NCBI GenBank assembly: GCA_963805805.1
Contig: CAWDVS010000026.1
Coordinates: forward strand, 187,333-251,332
Reading direction: 5' to 3'
Source: an uncultured Actinomycetota bacterium
GTDB lineage: Bacteria > Actinomycetota > Actinomycetes > Streptosporangiales > Streptosporangiaceae
Length of the DNA: 64,000 nt
In this document: positions 59,496 through 64,000 of the stretch, piece after piece
Position numbering within the stretch: the stretch's first letter is position 1
Layout: every line of letters starts with the position of its first letter
Notes under the pieces: generated by a model
Seen by the model: only the letters and a program-made list of their open reading frames with translations
Told to the model about the DNA's origin: nothing
Databases searched by the model: none
Position numbers and translations under genes: made by a program

Positions 59496-60629
59496 ATGGC
59501 CGGAACCCGCGGCACCCAGGCGAGCCATTGGCTGGCGCTCGAGTCGCGCGATTCTGCTGGCATCTGGGGCTGCCGGATCGAGAGCGTCGGCGTCAAACTG
59601 CCCGCAGGGAAGCTGACGACCAAGAATTTGATGAACCAGACCAAGCACCGCACCAAGATCCAGCTCGAGCGGCTGACGGGCATCCATGAGCGTTATGTCG
59701 TAGGGCCGGGCGAGAACTCCTTGACCCTGGCCGCCGGGGCGGCGCGCGACTGCCTGGCTCATTCGCAGCATCAGGCGCCCGACATCGAGATGCTGATCAG
59801 CACCAGCATCACCCGCTCTACGCCCCGGTCCTGGCAATCCTTCGAGCCCCCGCTCAGCCTGCAGGTCAAGCAGGCGATCGGCGCCACGCAGGCCGTGAAC
59901 TTCGATCTGTCCAACGCGTGTGCGGGCATGCTGACCGGGGTGTTCGTCCTTCAGGACCTCATCGCCCGAGGCGAGATCAGCTGCGGCATGGTGGTTTCCG
60001 GCGAGTACATCTCCCACCTGAGCTGGAACGCGGCGAAGCAGATCCGCTCGCTGTTCAGCAAGCAACTGGCATCGCTCACGCTCGGTGACGCGGGTGCCGC
60101 CGTGATCGTGGAACGGGCACCCGTTGGCGGACCGGGCATCGATGTCATCGGCTTCACTACTCTCGCCGAGCACAGCCGCCTGTGCCTCGCATTCCCCAGC
60201 ACCGCGGGGCCGGGCGCCCAGATGTACACCAAGTCCAGGGAACTGCAGAAGGTGGCCATAGAGGACATGGCGCCGCTGGTCGCCGAGGTGATCGGCGAGG
60301 CCGGCATAGCCCTGGATGACATCGACTACCTGATCCCGCATCAGACCTCGGCCAGGGCCATCCGCCAGGGCGCGCAGGAATTCGCCCGGCGCCTCGGGGC
60401 CAAGCCGAAGCACATAGTTGTCAACCTGGAGGAGTACGGCAACACGTCCTCGACAACGTTGTTCGTGGCTCTCCACAAGTACCTCGTGGAGCAGCGAATG
60501 CACAAGGGAGACAAGGTGATGCTGCTGGCACTCGCCTCCGGCATCGAGATCGTCATCGCGGTTTTTACCGTCGAAAGCCAGGTGGACCACTATGGGCGCA
60601 CGGATTGTCGCCGCCAGCGCGCTGACTAG
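59496..60629 (+). CDS. KASIII (FabH-like) condensing enzyme with complete Cys-His-Asn triad
   Basis: It has FDLSNACAG (Cys), YLIPHQTS (His) and EEYGNTSSTT (Asn). The ATG lies 5 nt after GAGGGGGA. Confidence 0.85.
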   Translation: MAGTRGTQASHWLALESRDSAGIWGCRIESVGVKLPAGKLTTKNLMNQTKHRTKIQLERLTGIHERYVVGPGENSLTLAAGAARDCLAHSQHQAPDIEMLISTSITRSTPRSWQSFEPPLSLQVKQAIGATQAVNFDLSNACAGMLTGVFVLQDLIARGEISCGMVVSGEYISHLSWNAAKQIRSLFSKQLASLTLGDAGAAVIVERAPVGGPGIDVIGFTTLAEHSRLCLAFPSTAGPGAQMYTKSRELQKVAIEDMAPLVAEVIGEAGIALDDIDYLIPHQTSARAIRQGAQEFARRLGAKPKHIVVNLEEYGNTSSTTLFVALHKYLVEQRMHKGDKVMLLALASGIEIVIAVFTVESQVDHYGRTDCRRQRAD

Positions 60630-61515
60630 CCGCGGGCTGCGCATGCCAACTGCGCGGCGCCTCGCAGATGCGGCCGCCGTTGCCTGCCTTGCGCATGCGG
60701 GAAAAGACCCCGGAGATGTCGACATGCTGATCAACGCCGGCGTCTACCGGGAAGACAATATGGGCGAGCCCGCGCTCGCTGCCCTCGTGCAGGAGGACAT
60801 CGGGGCCAACCGGGGCCAGCCGCCTGTCAATGGACACGGCACGTTCTCGTTCGACCTCATCAATGGCACCTGCGGCGTGATCAGCGCCATCCAGCTTGAG
60901 GCTGGCTTGCTGCGTTCCGGCGTCATCCAGCTTGGCGCGATCGTGACGAGCGATGTTCATCCGCAGCTGACAGATCCGCGATCTGCTCCCTTCCGGCCGA
61001 CGGGCGGCGCCATGCTCCTCGGCTGGGATGACAGCATCGCCGGCTTCAGCGACTTCTACGCGGAGACGTTTCCCGAGTACCAAGATCTGTTCGCCAGCGG
61101 GCTCGTGTGGCAGGAGCGACGCGGGCTTCGCGTGCCGCTGCGGGCAGGAGGCAAGAGCCACATGGTCATTGACGAGAAACCTGGTTACCATGCCCGCCTG
61201 GCCGATTGCGCTGAGGAGGCAACGCGTCGCTTCCTGCACCGCCTGGGCATGGGCGTGAGCGATATCGACCTGCTAGTCCCGGCCCCTTCCGCCGCAGGAT
61301 TCCTTGACACCTTGATCGCCAGACTCGGTCTTCCGGGCGACCGGGTCGCCTATGTGCCAGAAGACCTTGAGGCTGCCTACACCACCGGGCCCATCGCCGC
61401 CGTGCAGGCGGCCATCAGGTCTGGCCGGCTCGATGAGGCCCGGACCACTCTTGTGCTCGCAGCCGGGGCAGGCATCACTGTGGCCCTCGCCCTGTATCGC
61501 CAGACACCGTCCTGA
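60592..61515 (+). CDS. KASIII-like partner protein retaining Cys but lacking the His/Asn positions
   Basis: It has FDLINGTCGV (Cys kept). LLVPAPSAAG replaces PHQ(A/T)N, and EAAYTTGP replaces GNTS. It overlaps the upstream KASIII gene by 38 nt. Confidence 0.75.
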   Translation: MGARIVAASALTSRGLRMPTARRLADAAAVACLAHAGKDPGDVDMLINAGVYREDNMGEPALAALVQEDIGANRGQPPVNGHGTFSFDLINGTCGVISAIQLEAGLLRSGVIQLGAIVTSDVHPQLTDPRSAPFRPTGGAMLLGWDDSIAGFSDFYAETFPEYQDLFASGLVWQERRGLRVPLRAGGKSHMVIDEKPGYHARLADCAEEATRRFLHRLGMGVSDIDLLVPAPSAAGFLDTLIARLGLPGDRVAYVPEDLEAAYTTGPIAAVQAAIRSGRLDEARTTLVLAAGAGITVALALYRQTPS

Positions 61516-62091
61516 CCGTGGCGCGCCGATAGCGCTACCCGTGCGCGGCGCACGGCAGTGTCATGCTCGAAGACCGATGTCAACAGGCTGGTGCCAAGTT
61601 CTGATGACCACGCACAATCGTCGGTGCTGACGGGCAGCTCGGCGCCCAAGAACTCGAAGCTGTATGTGGCGTTCGCAGATGGCAAGCGCTATGAGCGGAT
61701 GCCGCTGCCGTGGGTACGCGAGCTGGACTGGCCGAAGATAGGTGGCGAGATGGGCCGGTGCGCCAGGGCCGCTCGGCTGCCGTCCTATGGTGCTCTCGGG
61801 GTTCTGACATTGCCACCAGCGCGCTGTGTTGCCGTGCTGCCACTAGCCGATGCGCGCCGTCGGCGGCTGGCCTGATCATTCGGCTGCGGGTCCGTGTGAG
61901 GGCCAGCTAAGGGCCGCGGTCGGCCGGACGCAGCACCTGTACCGCCCCGATGGGCGGGACATCCCAGGCGGAGCGCGCGGCGTGACGTCAATCGTGCTTG
62001 CGGATCATCCTCGGCATAGCTTCAGGATCTGCTCTTATGCTGGTAAGACAACCTGTTCTCTGCGTGGAGCAAATGGATCGCGAGCCTGCTG

Positions 62092-62880
62092 GTGTGCACG
62101 GACACCGACCCGCGCCCGGCGGCTACCCGCGGCCCGCGTCGTCCGCGTGCGGCCGTCCTCGCGGTCACGGTTGTCCTGGTCGCGGTGCTCGCCATCCTCA
62201 CGGTGCTCGCGACCCGCCGCGGCGCGGCCAGTGCCGCCAGTCCCGCCGCAACGCCGAAACCCACGTCGACCGCGAGCCCGTCGGTGTCGGCCATCTATCA
62301 GCGAGTCAGGCCGTCGGTGGTCGTCGTCCGTACCAACGACGCGCTCGGCTCCGGTGTGATCGTCGCCGATGACGGCACGATCGTCACCGCGAACCACGTC
62401 ATCGCCGGCGCCACCAAGATCACGGTCACCTTCTACGACGGCACCACGACGTCGGCGGCCGTCGTCTCGGCCAATCCCAAGGTGGACGTCGCGGTGCTCA
62501 GCCCGGCGGCGCTGCCGCAGGTCATCGTGCCGGCGGCCCTCGGCGGTGGTGCCAGCGTCGGGGCGCCGGTAGTCGCGGTCGGCAACCCGCTCGGCCTCGC
62601 CGACAGCGTGTCCGCCGGCGTGGTCTCCGGCCTCGACCGGACCGCGCAGACTGCCGAGGGCACCTACTCCGGGCTCATCCAGTTCGATGCGTCGGTCAAC
62701 CCCGGAAGCTCCGGCGGCCCGCTGCTCGACGCGCGAGGCCTGGTCATCGGCATCGTCGTCTCGATCGCCAACCCGGCCCACGAGGACGCCTTCGCCGGTA
62801 TCGGGTTCGCGGTGCCCATCGGCTCCGCGCTCGGCGGCAAGGACCGCAAGGGCGGCACGGGACCCGGACCTCAGCTATGA
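62092..62880 (+). CDS. trypsin-like serine protease, S1C (HtrA-like) without PDZ domain
   Basis: It has an N-terminal TM segment. The catalytic triad sits in TANHVI (His), DVAVL (Asp) and NPGSSGGPL (Ser). Confidence 0.8.
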   Translation: MCTDTDPRPAATRGPRRPRAAVLAVTVVLVAVLAILTVLATRRGAASAASPAATPKPTSTASPSVSAIYQRVRPSVVVVRTNDALGSGVIVADDGTIVTANHVIAGATKITVTFYDGTTTSAAVVSANPKVDVAVLSPAALPQVIVPAALGGGASVGAPVVAVGNPLGLADSVSAGVVSGLDRTAQTAEGTYSGLIQFDASVNPGSSGGPLLDARGLVIGIVVSIANPAHEDAFAGIGFAVPIGSALGGKDRKGGTGPGPQL

Positions 62881-62905
62881 CCGCCGAACCACCCGGAGGG
62901 GACAG

Positions 62906-63882
62906 ATGAGTACGGCCAGTTCTGCGAACCCGCTCGAGAGCGTGCTGTTCGAGGTCAAGCGCACCATCGTCGGCCAGGACGTGCTGCTGGAACGGATGGC
63001 GGTCGCGCTGCTGTCCGGCGGGCATCTGCTCGTGGAGGGAGTGCCGGGCCTGGCCAAGACGCTCGCGGTGAAGTCACTGGCCGCAGCGGTCGGCGGGCAG
63101 TTCCAGCGCATCCAGTTCACCCCGGATCTGATGCCCGCCGACCTGACCGGGACGCGCGTCTACCACCAGCACAACGGTGAGTTCGAGACCCAGCTCGGCC
63201 CGGTCTTCGCGAATCTGCTGCTGGCCGACGAGATCAACCGCGCTCCGGCCAAGGTACAGAGCGCGCTGCTCGAGGTCATGCAGGAGCACCAGGTCACGAT
63301 CGGCCGCGAGACCTTCCGGGTGCCCGAGCCGTTCCTGGTCATGGCGACGCAGAACCCGATCGAGTCGGAGGGCACCTACCCGCTGCCGGAGGCGCAGGTC
63401 GACCGCTTCATGATGAAGGTCCTCGTGAGCTACCCCAGCTCGCCCGAGGAGCACGCGATTGTCGACCGCGCGCTGCGCCCGGCTGAGCCGATCCGGTCGA
63501 TGCTGACACCCGAGGACCTGATCAAGATGCAGGAGCGCGTGCAGCAGCTCTACGTCGACCCCGCCATCACCGACTACGCCGTCCGGCTGGTGACCGCGAC
63601 CCGCCGGCCCTGGCCGGGCTGGACGAGATGAAGCGCTACCTGACCTACGGCGTCAGCCCGCGCGCCTCCATCGCGCTGGTCGTCGGCGGGCGGGCGCTCG
63701 CGTTCCTGCGCGGCCGCGACTACGTGCTGCCGTACGACGTCAGCGATCTGGCCGCGGACGTGCTGCGGCACCGCGTCGTGTTGTCGTACGAGGCGCTTGC
63801 TGACGACATCAGCGCCGACGACATCATCAGCCGGGTGCTGGATGCCGTGCCCGAACCCGAGGTCGTCCTGCAGAGCCGGTGA
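62906..63882 (+). pseudogene. MoxR family AAA+ ATPase, frame-disrupted near 63608
   Basis: It has Walker A LVEGVPGLAKT, Walker B LLADEINRA, and VMATQNPIESEGTYPLPEAQVDRF. The C-terminus (LAGLDEMKRYLTYGVSPRASIAL...) is in the -1 frame and looks like a 1-nt deletion. Confidence 0.8.
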
Positions 63883-63886
63883 TCCC

Positions 63887-64000
63887 ATGCGCAGCGTGCC
63901 CGAACGTCTCCTGCTCCGCCTGGAATGGCGGGTTGTCCGCCGCCTGGAGGGACGGGTGCAGGGCGGCTTCCGGACCGCGCACCGCGGGCCCGGAATCGAC
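63887..64000 (+). CDS. DUF58 domain protein (5' part only, runs off window)
   Basis: The sequence is MRSVPERLLLRLEWRVVRRLEGRVQGGFRTAHRGPGID. It sits in the canonical position after moxR. Confidence 0.7.
   Translation, partial: MRSVPERLLLRLEWRVVRRLEGRVQGGFRTAHRGPGID

Noticed and set aside
59364-60734. The N-terminal 457 aa of the 753-aa minus-strand ORF 58473-60734.
   Set aside because: Only the last 297 aa, from the ATG at 59363, look like an alpha/beta-hydrolase. The upstream part is antisense to the well-supported KASIII gene and has no protein-like features.
61558-61875. A 105-aa plus-strand ORF, together with the overlapping 102-aa minus-strand ORF (61377-61685), in the spacer after the KASIII pair.
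   Set aside because: Neither has a recognisable motif or a good ribosome-binding site. One overlaps the 3' end of a supported gene by ~140 nt. They are possibly remnants, but that is not supportable from sequence alone.

Overview
High-GC, actinobacterial-type chromosomal window with dense coding on both strands. No rRNA genes or CRISPR arrays were found.

**1-31.2 kb.** My hand-counted 60-nt samples here run about 72-83 % GC. This part carries ordinary and ancillary metabolism:
- an epoxide hydrolase, a redoxin, two paralogous EamA transporters, and a G1 (eqolisin) peptidase;
- a korA-korB-enoyl-CoA hydratase-serine hydrolase operon;
- an LLM oxidoreductase and a truncated ECF sigma factor;
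- a HAD / DUF2090-aldolase / P450 / MFS / DeoR block;
- a pgi-gnd-pgl-zwf oxidative pentose-phosphate operon;
- yajQ and tRNA-Tyr(GTA).

**31.3-62 kb.** Directly 3' of the tRNA sits a decayed IS481-like transposase remnant. It opens a visibly lower-GC block (about 60-68 % in my samples), which I read as a tRNA-flanked genomic island. The island holds four frame-disrupted metabolic genes: WS/DGAT, GMC oxidoreductase, GH65 phosphorylase and an amino-acid dehydrogenase.

**Most interesting content: a ~22 kb lipid/polyketide cluster at 39.3-61.5 kb.**
- An Sfp-type PPTase.
- A fused, eukaryote-like multidomain acetyl-CoA carboxylase.
- A PUFA-synthase-like megasynthase with the unusual order KS-AT-KS-ACPx3-KR-DH. 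All three of its near-identical ACPs carry Thr where the phosphopantetheine Ser is expected.
- A translationally coupled acyl-CoA dehydrogenase.
- A divergent module of an extended SDR, a Ser alpha/beta-hydrolase, and a KASIII plus degenerate-KASIII pair. The pair resembles the OleA/LstAB/NltAB head-to-head condensing enzymes.

**62-64 kb.** The window ends with an S1C protease, a MoxR ATPase and a DUF58 gene.

**Frame disruptions.** About 20 single-base frame disruptions or nonsense changes interrupt otherwise recognisable genes, and they are unevenly distributed. This indicates either real gene decay or local assembly error, and it must be resolved before any functional claim is made.
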